Sequence record: MH494197.1 | DNA: 64,000 bases | Strand: one strand, 5' to 3' | From: Escherichia phage CMSTMSU | Shown here: piece after piece, positions 30,752-43,643 of the stretch | Layout of the letters: each line of letters opens with the position of its first letter | Position numbering within the stretch: position 1 is the first letter of the stretch | Position numbers and translations under genes: made by a program | The notes under the pieces: model-generated | The model's input: only the letters and a program-made list of their open reading frames with translations | What the model was told of the DNA's origin: nothing | Databases searched by the model: none

Positions 30752-31294
30752 TCAGTACCGCTTTGATTCCGGGCTAACTTTAATGTTATTAGCATTACGT
30801 TGTAGTTCTGCTTGTTTAAGTTTAGCTTGGGTTTGTGGGTTCACTTGCTGTTGTTGCTGTGACACATTCATTTTAGCAATCTGTGTAGATTTTAATTGAT
30901 TTTCTGGATTTTCCAAATTAGAGGATAAATCTTCAAACACAATAGTTTTTAATTCTTGAATACTCAACTTAGAAACATCAGAGTATGTGAAGTTACTTTT
31001 GTATGCTTCAACTAAGTCTTTCATTGTCATAGAATCAACTGTCTTATGCCAATCAGAACTTTCAACAATATGTTTAGTTACATTGTCAGTACTGAAGTAT
31101 GAGAAACTTTCACTCATTTGTGCTTTGTACTTTTGTAGAATTTGAAAAATTTCACGGTTATCTGAATTATCCATAGCGGCATTTAGTGTAATGAAATCAC
31201 CCGCATCCATATTATCCAGTACAACAGAAACATCAACATTCAAATTATGTGCGTCAGCAAACTTCTGTAGCTCCGCTGCTGTTTGGTTTATATC
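30752..31294 (-). CDS. hypothetical protein with poly-Gln stretch
   Basis: ORF 30752..31351, likely start MDINQTAAELQ; QQQQQ near C-terminus. Confidence 0.4.
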   Translation of the reverse strand, partial: DINQTAAELQKFADAHNLNVDVSVVLDNMDAGDFITLNAAMDNSDNREIFQILQKYKAQMSESFSYFSTDNVTKHIVESSDWHKTVDSMTMKDLVEAYKSNFTYSDVSKLSIQELKTIVFEDLSSNLENPENQLKSTQIAKMNVSQQQQQVNPQTQAKLKQAELQRNANNIKVSPESKRY

Positions 31295-31740
31295 CATAAT
31301 TACTCCATATAAAATAAAAAGACCTCTGTCTTGCTTTATGATATTTATCACAATTAAGAAAAGGTCTGTTTGCTGATGCTAATATTTGTATCATTACCTG
31401 TTGTGATAAATTTTGTAATTCTTTTACCATTTAATTCTGTAGGTAAAACTAATGGTATTCCATTCAAACGCAAATCAACATCCATTGGTATTGCGAATTT
31501 GAAAGTACTAAGAGTACATTTACCCCATGAAACTGGAAGATTATAGAAAGATGCATTGTTATCTTTATATAGATCTATTTCAGTTTTACTACACTTACCA
31601 TCATGGGATAATCATGTACCATAATAGCCTCCAACAATCTCGACAAATTCATAGCACCTGTGAACTTAGAATCGATGATTGTTGGAGTTTACCATCACCT
31701 ATATCTACAACAGTATTAATTGTGTAGAAAGTATATGGTT

Positions 31741-31938
31741 TCATTCATTATCCTTATTTTTAGTCTCAACAACTTTATATCCAAAGAAATTTGTAGGAGG
31801 CATTCTTCGAAGTAATGGGTAATTTAATCCAGTACTGACTGATGCTACTGCACCTGCTGATGTTGCACCAGCAGAAGCATTTTCTTTTAGTTTAGTTTTC
31901 TTCTTCATATCAATTCCCTTTATTACGTTTTTCATCAA
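31741..31938 (-). CDS. hypothetical small protein
   Basis: ORF only. Confidence 0.3.
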   Translation of the reverse strand: MMKNVIKGIDMKKKTKLKENASAGATSAGAVASVSTGLNYPLLRRMPPTNFFGYKVVETKNKDNE

Positions 31939-32173
31939 GTGCTATGTTCTCCAAGCCCTTCTGAAACTTTTTATAATCTCGGTTCTTAATACTAAGAAAT
32001 AAACGTTTCTTCAAATCTTCAGCATCAGTTTGGTTAAATTCATCTTCGATACTCTCCAATAAATGAATAACAGAGTTGATTGCATGATCTGCACGATTAC
32101 CAAAACTCTGTAACGTATCTTTCTCTGGTGTATAGTCAACTATACTATCAAGTAGATTCTTTTATTGGATTTA

Positions 32174-33698
32174 CTAGACATTCATTATTTCCTTTGATTT
32201 AACCATTGCTTCATTGCATTTACGATCAGTACCAATGTGAGGCTGTTGAGGCTGGGATTCAGTTTGTGTAGAAGTGATTGGATCACTATCTGTATTTAGT
32301 GTTACGCTTTCAACACTCGGTGTAGTGCTTGGTTTAGGAGCACCAGAAAGCGTATGACGCAGTGTTTGCATTGTACTTGGTGGCATTGCCATGTTACCAC
32401 CGCCGACCTTAGAGATGCCACTGTGACGGAATCCTGACCCATCAGTTTCGAATTGTTGGATTGTGGTTGCGTGGTCTAGTACACGAAGTGAGTCGATATC
32501 ATATGACATACGCAAACGTGAACCAACTGCACTACTGTTACGTGTTTTCTGGAAGTCAAACCAAAGTTCGCCAGTTTCTTTACGTGCTTCAATGTAGATA
32601 ACGTTATCCGCAGTATAGATTTTAGAAATACCACCAGCAATCTGACTTTGACTTTTCTTATCTTCATCCATACCACTACGGTTAAACTGTGACGCAGTGA
32701 ATACGGTCAAATCCATTTTGGTTGCTAGTGCACGCAATTCTTCAGATACAAATTTATCTTTTGTAAATGTATTAGATTTATCATTAGGACCAAGACGATT
32801 TGATGTTAATAGGTCAAGGTAGTCCACACAAACATAATCTAATTTGACTTCCATTTTAATTTGCAATTCACGAAGATAACTTTCAATATCATCAGTGGTT
32901 GTTACGGATTCTGGTAAACGTTTAATACGCAATATACCACTATCCTTGCCTTCCATTTGAACTCGTAGACCAATCTTTTCAGCTTCGTTCTTAACGTTAC
33001 TTAGCTTAGATTCAGTCATCATACCATAGATACGAACGGCTACCAACTCTTCTGCTAGTTCTAGTGAAATGTATGCACCATTCATACCAGCCTTAGCAAA
33101 GTTAACTGCTAAGTTCTGTAGTACTACTGATTTACCACCACCAGACGCTGCTGCAAAGATTTCAAGTTCACGGCGACCAAAACCACCGAATAGTTTATAG
33201 TCAAGGGTTTCCCATCCACTCTTGAATGAACCTTGCATCGTGCTCAATGAACGAATGGTATCTTCTGGATTTTCAAAGATATCAAGACCAACTCATTCTG
33301 TACAGATACTAACATAGCTTCACGAATGAGTTCTTCGATGCCACCATATTTTTCTGATGTACTAATTCCATACCTTTCTCTGCTAGAGCTAGAGCTTTGT
33401 GACGGCAAAACTCACTACAGGTATCCAGTACTGCCTGTTTATGAAGTTCTTGTACTTCATAATGATCATACTGATAACCACCTTTCACTTCGATATCTTT
33501 CAGTGTAGGGGATGAACTATATTTTGCTGCATAATCATGAACGTACTGAATACTTTCATGAAATGTTTTATCAAAATATTCTGGCTTTAGAATATTTTTA
33601 CAACGTACAAATAAATCTGGATTACTGAAAACTTGGGATAGTAAGTATTGTTGTGCATTAATCCCATACTGTTTGACGTCCACTGTGCTTTGAATCAT
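32174..33698 (-). CDS. gp41: replicative DNA helicase (T4 gp41-like, DnaB family), frameshifted
   Basis: Walker A AAASGGGKSVVLQNLA, DnaB-like RecA core, N-terminal domain in ORF 33309..33698. Confidence 0.85.
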
Positions 33699-33724
33699 TT
33701 ATGTTCCCTCATTTATATCCTGTG

Positions 33725-34773
33725 TTACATCCACTTATCCGTTTGTGCTTTAATATAGAAAGGCTCGTCAACTATACTATCATGTATCAGTTGTAAACAA
33801 AATAATCTTCCAAATCTAGCACATGCTTCGTCAAAATCTTTAATGTGACGTATAGTACTTCCAACACGTACTGCCCCAAAATCTGGGAAAGAAACACTAA
33901 ATCCATATTCTAGTGCTTGTTCTATTGTTTGTAATCCATCCTTATCACGGTCAGGTACGATAACAATCTTTTTACCTTTTTCTTGTGCAGCTTTAAGTAC
34001 ATCTATTTGTACTGCTGACAATTTAAAGTTATTTGCAGAAACACCACCCATTAGTGCTGCATCCATTGGACCTTCACAAACTAATATAGTTTTAATTCGT
34101 TCATCTTGTAACAGATCATAATTATATAGAATATTAGTACTGACCTGATTAATAAAACGATAGGTACTTCCGGTCTTTAAGTTTGTGTCTAGCAGTATAT
34201 CCGATAATTTTACCGTTCATAACGTATGGTATGATAAATCGGTCATACATTTTATGTTCTTTAGCTGGACTCAATACAATTCTAAATCTAATAGATATGG
34301 ATTTCGCTCATTCACATGATTCAGAACACTAATAAATTCTTGTGGTATTTGCTCTTCTGGTAACGATGCCCATTCCCAGAATGTTTTTGAGTTCGGTGGT
34401 AATTCACGAACAGTTACACGTTGATATAGTTTAGATGCAGTAGTTTCTTGTTCTGCAAAGTCTCCACTATCAACCATTTCTTTAATGTAAAATTTAGCTA
34501 GTTCTATTTCCTTATCCTGTGCACCAAAGAAATGAGCAAAGACTCCATATCTTTGCTCATATATTTTCCAGTTGCCACCCAGTTTTTAGACTACAGTTAA
34601 AACAGTTATAAGAAACAGAACCATCTGCATTAAACATATGATTGCCGCGATTTTTAGTATCGGGGCGTGAATGACCACGGAACACACAAGCAGGACAATT
34701 GTGATGTGTCCACATACCAATTCGGTACTGGGTCATTCATGATTTGTGCCATGATGTTTTGTACAGCGTTCAT
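33725..34773 (-). CDS. gp61: DNA primase (T4 gp61-like), frameshifted
   Basis: N-terminal zinc ribbon HHNCPACVFRGHS..NCFNCSLKTGW in a shifted frame; Toprim IVIVPDRDKDG in ORF 33725..34066. Confidence 0.75.
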
Positions 34774-34828
34774 AATTTAATCCTTGTTATTTCTCACAAA
34801 TGATTATAGCACAAACACTTGTTTTGTC

Positions 34829-35500
34829 TCACCTGCGAATCAAAATTTTAGGAACTGACAGTAGTGGGTCATAGACTTTTCTTACTGCCGCATAGTCATA
34901 AGGAACTGGAACGATCTTAGGATGAATACAAACAACCAATCGCAACCACATGTAATTACCTTTAAAATTAAATGCTTGAATCCCATCTAACGCTTTAGGG
35001 AATCCATTTTCATCAATATCATTTTCGATATATTCTTTACCATCCAATTTAACAATAAACCATTTATAGTTTTCGTTATCAGTTGGTACGTTATTACACA
35101 AACATCCTTGTAATTGAATTCTACCAATAAATTTATCAAAGTACATTGCAATAGTACTAAGACCATCAACTAATCCGTACTGCATTTGTGCAGGAAGGGA
35201 GATGTTGCCATTATATCAAATTCACCAATAACGCCACGAGCGATTGGTTCATGATAAAGCGTTTGATGGTAGTCCATGCTGGGTTTTATTAACAGATACT
35301 TCAATACTTGGCACAAACACAGGAGCAGCTTGGTCGGAAATGATCAATTCAGCAGAGGCTTCATAATCAAGACCAGTGTATAAGTACTGTGTAGGTTCAA
35401 TCAAGGAACCATCCATTGTTACTTTAGTAATACTCCATCTATATTTTGAACGGGACTAGTATCCTGAATTACACCAGCAGGAACAATACATCCATAATAT
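34829..35500 (-). CDS. hypothetical protein, frameshifted
   Basis: ORF 34829..35185 plus upstream open frame. Confidence 0.3.
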
Positions 35501-35515
35501 ACTTTTTACTATTAC

Positions 35516-35801
35516 CTAATGTTTGTCTTGCTTGTCCACTTTCTGATAGCCATGATGGTTTTGTTTATCCAGAACTACATCGAATAATTTAGTATTGTTT
35601 CTAGCATCAAAAATCATGAATGTTAGATATTCGTTATCTTTTAGTAATGTATATTTTCCATCAGCATTATGCACAGTGAATGATAAATTGTTATTTGCAC
35701 CTCTGTATATTGTAAGTTTCTCATTGCTGTATGGCATATTAAAATTGCCCAATGATACTTCTTGGTTATAAGGGTACATAAACACGCCGTGATGAGCCAT
35801 A
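35516..35801 (-). CDS. hypothetical protein
   Basis: ORF 35516..36034, likely start MAHHGVFMYPYNQ. Confidence 0.3.
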
Positions 35802-36192
35802 GTTTTTCCTTCCATAAATAATAGGTATAAATTTATACTAATATTTATGGAACTCATATGAATCAATATAATACTATTCCACCATTTATCACGGTAGTTC
35901 AGTGTGATGGTAAAACTTTCATTGGTATTATCAAGATAAAAAGTAAACAGTATACTACTCTTTACTGCTTTGATGATATGGATGAACCAATGCAAGATGA
36001 ATTGTTGGGTATAGCACATGATTGGTGGTGGCAAAGCAACAGGTCAATTCCAGTCTGTCTATTCTTCCAAGAAGAGATGGAGAAATTTGAACCTTACACA
36101 CAGAGATTCGATACCTGCGGTGAATTTCGTTTGTGGTCCAGTAGTTTCTTTATGATTTGCCACAAAACGCATCAAGCGTCGTAATGTGGCTC

Positions 36193-36826
36193 TTAAGAAG
36201 AAGTAAGATGTTCAACTAAAGCGTTAAGTTGAACTACAATCATTAAGCTGTATGCATACGCATGTGGCTTTTTGAAATATCGTAACTTATTTCCTGCTTG
36301 GTCTGTGCCAATAGTACTGTAATCCCATATAGTGGATTCAACTTCACTCCATGTATTCATACTTTGGCACTGCCTTTTCAGACGAATCATTGCAATAAAC
36401 ATTGCAAGTTCATCAATGGATTTAGGTTTCCACACATTTAATAATGTAACGTGTTTTTAATCTGTGAAAGATGTTCAACTATTTCTGGTTCTAACAGAAG
36501 ATCCCAATTAGGTTCCTGATTCATTAGTTCTTTTAAATGTGCTCTATCACGAACATACTGGTAAGCCGATTGTGACAGGATATCTACCTTTTGATATCCC
36601 AAGCGTTCGGCTTCTTTATATTGTATGCTGGCTAAACCAGTGATAGGGTCAATTGGTATATTATCAAAATGAACACCACTGTTATGGGGATTAAACCATC
36701 CTCCGTAATTTTTCTGTACTTCGCACACAAGGAAGCTGTGCAATCACTGACTTACTATCTTTAAAGTCAATGTCGATATCTGTTCGTGCTTTACGGTACG
36801 AATTAGAATTTGTCGAATCCTGCATT
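36193..36826 (-). CDS. hypothetical protein, frameshifted
   Basis: ORFs 36438..36743 and 36193..36435 plus upstream MQDSTNSNSYRK. Confidence 0.3.
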
Positions 36827-36882
36827 TTTGATTTGCTCCTGCAATTTGTTTACAGTGTTAGATAATTTGGTTACCTGATTTT

Positions 36883-37131
36883 CTAACATTGTACACTTTG
36901 TTTGGTCTTTGACAACTCTTGACTTAGACCAAAGAATCTTTCCTCATGTCTTTCAACCATACTGATAATTTTTTCTACACGAACAGGATCGTGCACCTGA
37001 AAGGTTTTACCATCAAGTGTAATTTCAGTTATAGAACCCTGTCTAAGCAATGATAAAGATTTAGATTTATCTGCTTTTGGCACAGGTACATACCCTTCTG
37101 GTATTTTATTATATATACTTTTTCCATTCAT
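36883..37131 (-). CDS. hypothetical protein (82 aa)
   Basis: ORF only. Confidence 0.4.
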   Translation of the reverse strand: MNGKSIYNKIPEGYVPVPKADKSKSLSLLRQGSITEITLDGKTFQVHDPVRVEKIISMVERHEERFFGLSQELSKTKQSVQC

Positions 37132-37683
37132 AATCCAGCCTCACGTAGCATACTTTTTATTTCATCACATTCCTTTTTGTACTTTATAGTTTTAACCTCA
37201 AAGTAACTAGGATCAATGTATTTAAGTATATACTCGATTTCAGAGTTAGAGAGATTCTTGAAAAACTTATTAGTACTTTCTTTTGGTGCTAACCAGATAA
37301 TCCAAGGTGAAATCTTACCACTCTCAATCCATGCAATTGCACGGGCAGAACTAACATTGGAAAAAACTTATTCCACTCCAAGTTCAGATTCTGACCCCAT
37401 TCCACCATCGCAACAACACTACGGAAACCGCAGCATTGGGAGATTCAGAACGAATACAATCTAATATCCATTCATCCTTTGCTTTATAAGTACTCCATTC
37501 CATAATAGGACGGTTTCTTACAATTAGACTTTTTACAAAACCATCAATATCTAAAATATCACGGTTGTTCAAATAATAAATTGCAAAATCATAAAAATCA
37601 CTAAAGTACTTTGATTTTATAAAAGCCATTAATGGTTCAACACCCTTCTTGAAAGGGAAATGGTTTAACTCCATGAATTGCAT
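37131..37683 (-). CDS. hypothetical protein, frameshifted
   Basis: ORF 37384..37683 plus downstream frame IAWIESGKISPWIIWLAPKEST. Confidence 0.3.
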
Positions 37684-37684
37684 A

Positions 37685-37843
37685 TAATGCGAAAAGCCTC
37701 CCTCATGGGGCGGCTATCACGATCTTCGTAGCGGTCACGTTTAACACACTTATGTGTGTTAACTGTGTCTTCGCGTTTAAATTCTTTATCACAGAACTTA
37801 CATTTGTATACGGGACTACTTGATTTCTTTGCCATATTTCTTA
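37685..37843 (-). CDS. small zinc-finger-like protein (~52 aa)
   Basis: MAKKSSSPVYKCKFCDKEFKREDTVNTHKCVKRD (C-x2-C ... H-x-C). Confidence 0.35.
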
Positions 37844-37895
37844 CATTCTTCTTTAAATAATTTCATCATTGATTTCATTTCTTTCTCTTGTAAAC

Positions 37896-38659
37896 CTATG
37901 TCTTCAAGGAAAGACTCGAATGTTTTTTGTTATATTGCAACAAAACAATTTTATATTCATCTTCGTTCATTTGAGTTGCGATTGAATCTGGCTGTGTACT
38001 TTTAATGAGTTCAAATAATTCATTATTAGCACGCTTAAAACTCTTGGAAAAGTTTAACCAGTTTCGTGGCAATTCCTTACCACCCAACATATCATGAACA
38101 GAACATAGTAGTTGATATACAAGTTCAGGGTGTTCTTTCATGTCCCAGAACCCATCATTAACCATATCATTCAACATAATCAACTGATAACGTACAACGT
38201 CACTGTCAACCAATGAGATGATCTGTCCACCAGCAATACTAAATTCAGTCATTGCGGCAATCAACTTGTTAGCATCATCATTGCTTTGTACGGCAAACTT
38301 GATACGCCAATCATAGTCACTGTGACAGTACTTAGTAACTGATGTTACATTAACACCAGTACTATTGAGTTCTTTGACAAGTTCAGTGAGTGCTTCTTTG
38401 CCACCAGCTTTCCACTTACCAAATACGTTTTCCACTTTACTACTAGGAAAGTTACTTGAAGTGAGTCATCAAGTGAACTTACCCAACGAAGTACAGTATA
38501 AGGCGTAAATTCCTTACGCTCATCTTCGGTCATGTCATTATAGTATTTGTAATCTGCACGGTCAATATGTTTTAGAAATTCAGCAATAGAAAATGTATGC
38601 TGGGTTGGTTTATCGTTTTCGTCTACTGACTTAGCTTTAATATTACTGAAATCTAACAC
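37896..38659 (-). CDS. hypothetical protein, frameshifted
   Basis: ORFs 38345..38659 and 37896..38435. Confidence 0.35.
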
Positions 38660-38669
38660 TATTACACTC

Positions 38670-39158
38670 CTAGATACAAATCTTGAATTTTCTCGTTCTC
38701 ATCTGCAAAGTAAACACAAGGTGGATTGTCACCACTGTGCAGAGGAACACATAGTAAGTTCTTCTTAGGCAACATAGGATCTGCCATTTAGTAGTGAGTG
38801 CGAATACACGCAGCACTTTTACAGGTTCGAACTTAGGATACATTGAGCGGATTGGATTGTAAACAAAAGCTTTAGGTTCTTTCATATTAAGAATGTTTTC
38901 AATGGTACACATCTCAACCATACCTGTCTCTTCATCACCCAACATGATTTGCCAACCCAATGGTACTTGGATAATCTTTTCACCAATCTGCAAATCAGCA
39001 CTGATACTATTAAATGACACAGTGTTTAAAATGTGGCGAAAATAAAAGTCAGAGTCACCGTTTGGACTCAAATCTAAAACACAATACATTTCTGATGGAA
39101 TGTGTTCAGTTACTAAATCCATATCAAATGAATTATTTTCTGGGGTTAATACGTTCAT
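38670..39158 (-). CDS. hypothetical protein (162 aa)
   Basis: ORF only. Confidence 0.4.
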   Translation of the reverse strand: MNVLTPENNSFDMDLVTEHIPSEMYCVLDLSPNGDSDFYFRHILNTVSFNSISADLQIGEKIIQVPLGWQIMLGDEETGMVEMCTIENILNMKEPKAFVYNPIRSMYPKFEPVKVLRVFALTTKWQILCCLRRTYYVFLCTVVTIHLVFTLQMRTRKFKICI

Positions 39159-39167
39159 CTCATCTCC

Positions 39168-39593
39168 TTAGTACTGGGAATCTTCATCTTCATCGTAGTA
39201 ATCTTCTTCATCTTCATCGGATGTACCATAGAATTCAAGACCATACGTTTCACACATTTCTTGAATCTTATCAACATCAGTATCTAAGTAAGAATCAAAA
39301 TTACCACTAAGACTAACAACATCAATAAACGTTGTAGTATCAGTACTTGCATAGATGATATCATATTTTAATGATTCAACTTTCGAGTCAATTCTGGTTT
39401 GCAATTCATAGATATTAATCCATGAATTAGTGTCAATATTACATCTCCAAACATTAGTATCGTCAGTTTCTAGTTCAGGTATATAGTCAAGTGAAGATAC
39501 CATGTCATCCATAATACCATCATTCAACAATACATCAATTACATCTAACGTTTCTTGGTCACAGATAAAAGCAATACTAGATCTTAATTCCAT
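39168..39593 (-). CDS. acidic hypothetical protein (141 aa)
   Basis: intact ORF, DE-rich C-terminus. Confidence 0.45.
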   Translation of the reverse strand: MELRSSIAFICDQETLDVIDVLLNDGIMDDMVSSLDYIPELETDDTNVWRCNIDTNSWINIYELQTRIDSKVESLKYDIIYASTDTTTFIDVVSLSGNFDSYLDTDVDKIQEMCETYGLEFYGTSDEDEEDYYDEDEDSQY

Positions 39594-39648
39594 TTTTATT
39601 TTACTTCCTTGTTGTTGTCATACGACACATTATATCATGCACAGCGGA

Positions 39649-41125
39649 TTATCCCGCTGTATTTTCCCAATCCTTAACATCTATGATACTATGAGGATAT
39701 TGTGCTTCCTTGTAGTATTGTAAACGTTCACGTAAGTGTTTTGCACTATATTTGTTTGTACCACTGATATCAAAGATTTCCACGTGGTCTTTGTCTTCTG
39801 CTCGACGCAACCCACGACCAATGGACTGTATGGTACGAACGAAGCTCTTTCCGGTTCGATTAGAACAACATTATACAAACGAGAAATACTGATACCAGTA
39901 CTTGCTACCCCATAGGTTGCAATGAGTATTTTGTTATCAGCCCAGCGAATTTCACCATATGAAGATTCACGATCTTTCTTTTGGTTTCACCACGAACAAA
40001 TTCTGACTTAGGAATACCCAAAAATTCACAAAGTAATTCACCAGCTTCAAGTCTATCAACCAGTACTAAAGTGTTTCCAGATTCTGCTAACGCACCTATC
40101 AGTGATGCTACATATGCCATTCTATCACGGTCAGTAACTAAGTACTTCAATTCTTCTGCATATGACGCGAACTTTAAATTACTTTTAAGTTTAATACAGT
40201 TCACATTACATGTGCTTAGTATTTTTTATCTTGTAATTCTTTAGCTGTGATTTTAAATATCACATCGCCAACGTTACATTTAATCTTCGCAGCGACAACT
40301 TGGTCTTTAGGATTGTACCAGTTAATCCCCAGCGAAGTGGGACGTTATTCATAACTTTAGAGAGTACTTGAACTAATGCATCACCACCAGCACCTTGACA
40401 CTCATCAACAATCACACAAACCACACCATCAATAAAGTCATGAACGTCTTGTTCAGTCAGTTCAATTTCACCTTTCTTTGTTTTCTTCCACAAAGAGTTG
40501 AATGACTGCCGTAGTGATTGTGTGTTGGTGACCAAAGTCTTTCTGTGCACCATAGAACACTCCAGTGTCAAGACCACACATAACATAGTCATCATATGTT
40601 TGCTGCACCAAATCAGTACTGGGTACGATAATCACAGAACGTCCATACTCCTGTACCTTCTTGGATAATGCTGCTGTGATGAGCGTTTTACCAGCCCCTG
40701 TAGCTGCTAATAATAAACCATGTGGGTTTGCAAGGCAAGCATTAACTGCGTTCACCTGATGCTCTCTGAGCTTGATTGACTTACCTTCCATGTGGTGTCC
40801 AGCACCAAACACAACATCACTAAAAATATCTTCATCAATTGGTTCAAAATTGAATCCGTAATTGACACGATGATCTTCAAGTTCAATATCAATTTTGCTT
40901 CATCTAAGATTGGCAACAACTTATCCAACATGTGGTAGTAAGTACTGCCACCTAAGTTCATAAACTGTACCTTACCATCCCAACGACCAATACGACCAGC
41001 AGGGGTGAACTTAGCGTATGGAAGTACATATTCTGTTGCACGAATCATCTTCTGACGAATTGAGGATCTAGTCCCTCAAATTTACAATTAACCTCGTCCA
41101 GTAAGGTTAGCTTACAAGTTTTCAT
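39649..41125 (-). CDS. uvsW: UvsW-like SF2 DNA helicase, frameshifted
   Basis: N-terminal RIGRWDGKVQFMN, Walker A LAATGAGKTLI, VIVDECQGAGG, motif VI QSIGRGLRR; five fragments. Confidence 0.8.
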
Positions 41126-41140
41126 CCATGAATACCTTTA

Positions 41141-41959
41141 TTAATTAGTTCGAGTATTATATTCGTACTCAAATGTATATACTAAATCTTTATCACAGTT
41201 TGGGTTACTTGCATCAAGAATATCACTGTTAGTAATCATCCATTCAATATAGTTCAATGGAACAGTTTCCATTGGTTCGCCTTTGTGTTTACCAAATGGC
41301 ATGAATTTATAACGCATTGGTGTATTACAGAATGTTACGATTTGTTCACCAATGTCACCATTAGGGTCAATATGTCCACGTTCAATCGCAACTTCAATCA
41401 ATTTGATTAGAACTTGATAACACATAAACACGTCATCTTTTGCTGCGTGAGCATTGACTGCACGATGTACATCACGATAGCAACCAAATTTATACCACAA
41501 ATAACTTAGAGTTAAGTTTTTGAATTCAGTGTCTTCTGCAAACATCTTCTTAGCTAAACGAAGGGTACAAATCCATTTATCTTCATCGAGCAAGTACTGC
41601 GAAACTGAGTTACGATATTTATATTCGTTATCTACCATCATTCGGCGGTCAAATTGAACGTTGTGTCCAATAAAATAATTACGACACCCCATTAGTGCGT
41701 CAATGTTTTCTAAGTCATCTTTATATCCAATGCAGTTTGCTACATCTTCAGTACTGATAAAATGCACAGCACTTGCTTCTGGTGGTATATCTTTTAGTGG
41801 TTTATAACGCAAAGTGTAGTTATCAATAGTATCAATATTCTCATGTGCACCGTGAGGATATGAAATACTAAATTCAATAATATCATCTTCACTTTCTACA
41901 CCAGTCGTTTCGGTGTCTAGTACTGATACGTTTGATAGGAACTCATCTAATTTTGTCAT
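41141..41959 (-). CDS. DnaQ-like 3-prime to 5-prime exonuclease (DEDDh family, DexA-like)
   Basis: LDTETTG, GHNVQFD, HRAVNAHAAKDD; intact 272-aa ORF. Confidence 0.7.
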   Translation of the reverse strand: MTKLDEFLSNVSVLDTETTGVESEDDIIEFSISYPHGAHENIDTIDNYTLRYKPLKDIPPEASAVHFISTEDVANCIGYKDDLENIDALMGCRNYFIGHNVQFDRRMMVDNEYKYRNSVSQYLLDEDKWICTLRLAKKMFAEDTEFKNLTLSYLWYKFGCYRDVHRAVNAHAAKDDVFMCYQVLIKLIEVAIERGHIDPNGDIGEQIVTFCNTPMRYKFMPFGKHKGEPMETVPLNYIEWMITNSDILDASNPNCDKDLVYTFEYEYNTRTN

Positions 41960-42460
41960 TTTATTCTCGATAGAAAAGGACGCGTAATGCGTCCTTATGG
42001 ATAGTTATTCTAAACGTGCATCTTCAATACCCGCAGCACGTAGTCTCACAATATTGTTTAACTGAAAAGCTTTCATCTCTAAGGATTTAACAATACTGGA
42101 AAACGTATTACGGATATATGATACTTCATTTATTAGTTCGGATAATTCACAAACTTCTTTATCACCTTCAACATACTTTTACAGTCAGAAGATGATAGTG
42201 CTCGACGATATGCTTCAAGGAAATATTTAAACTTTTCAGCTTGTAGTTGACGCATTTCAATTTCTAGCATTTCAAGTACCGCTTTAGTTCTTGAAGCTGA
42301 CTGAGACGAGTCTCATGCCAGCCGAATCTCCTGAGCAATCTTTTCAATGATGCCAATCTTTTTAACTTCACGACGAGCTTCTTCAGTTTCTTTTTCGAAG
42401 TGTTCAATCATGTCGATTATTTTAGATTTATCATCTTTGATGATCCAATGCCAAGGTTTC
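41960..42460 (-). CDS. hypothetical protein, frameshifted; UvsY-like only by position
   Basis: MKPWHWIIKDDKSKII.. with downstream fragments; lies between exonuclease and UvsX; sequence similarity not established. Confidence 0.25.
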
Positions 42461-42461
42461 A

Positions 42462-43579
42462 TTATTCCTCACTACTTCCAATATCAGTACCAAATGATTC
42501 ATCACCTTTTTCTTCTTCTTTGACTTCTTCAATCAAAGGGTGACGTTTGAATTGATTCATAACTAAATCAAGACAAGAATCTTCGTTACGCATCCATTCT
42601 TTACGATATTTTAGAATCTGTTCACCAGTGTCAATATCAACGTACATTAGACGTTACCCGATTTAACGATAAGTTCATATTTCTCGAACATATCTAGTAG
42701 ACCACTGCGTGGGTCCATACCTTTATCCCAAGGAATTTTAATCTCAACATCTTCAAATGGTTTGTTGTAACGAGTCTTCATGACTTTACATTTAGAACGA
42801 ATACCACTTACATCTGAAGTCTTGTTGCCTTCTTCATCTTCTTTAAGTTTTAGTTTACCCATTGCGATAACCATAGAAGATGCATAAATCAAACCACTAC
42901 CACCAGATACTTTTGGATCAGGGTTGAACATATCTTGGGATTCATAACTATGGTTTACACAAACCATACCAATGTTAAGTGAACCAATCGAGTTTACGCA
43001 GTTGGTGATGTAAGCTTTAAGCTGTTTAGGTTTGTGACCCATATCACCTTTCAAGTTACCAGCTTTCATCTGGTCATTAGCAACTTCAGTATTCAACATA
43101 CCAATTGAGTCGATAATGAATAATACTTTTTGACGTTCTTCTTTAGGAGTATTTTCGTATTCTTTACGATACCCTTCGATGAACTCATAGGTAAATTTAG
43201 CAACATCACCAATCATACCCATGTTTACTTTTAGTAGTTTTTCTTCTGAAGTGTCTACACCTAGTGCTTGTAGCCAATCTGAATCCAATGCGTTCTCGGA
43301 ATCAATCATAACAACAAAGATACCTTGTTGTTGTGCTTCACGGGCGATGTTTCCAGAAACGATAAATGATTTACCAGAACCAGATTCACCAGCAAACATT
43401 GTTACTTTACCCAGTGGAATACCACGGTCAAAATAACCACTAATACGATAGTTCAAAGCAAAGTTACCAGTACTAATCCATGTATCAGGATCATGAAAGC
43501 CTACGCTAACACCAGTATTCTTTTTAACGCTACCAGTACTATTTTTTAGAATGTTTGCAAAACCACTTGTCATTTTCAT
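42462..43579 (-). CDS. uvsX: UvsX recombinase (RecA family)
   Basis: Walker A FAGESGSGKSF, FIIDSIG, KGMDPRSGLLDMF; C-terminal tail in ORF 42462..42647. Confidence 0.85.
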
Positions 43580-43643
43580 AATTCGCTCCTTGAATTTTAT
43601 GAATAAAACCGCAAACTCCGTTGCCCTTAACTTTCAAATACTA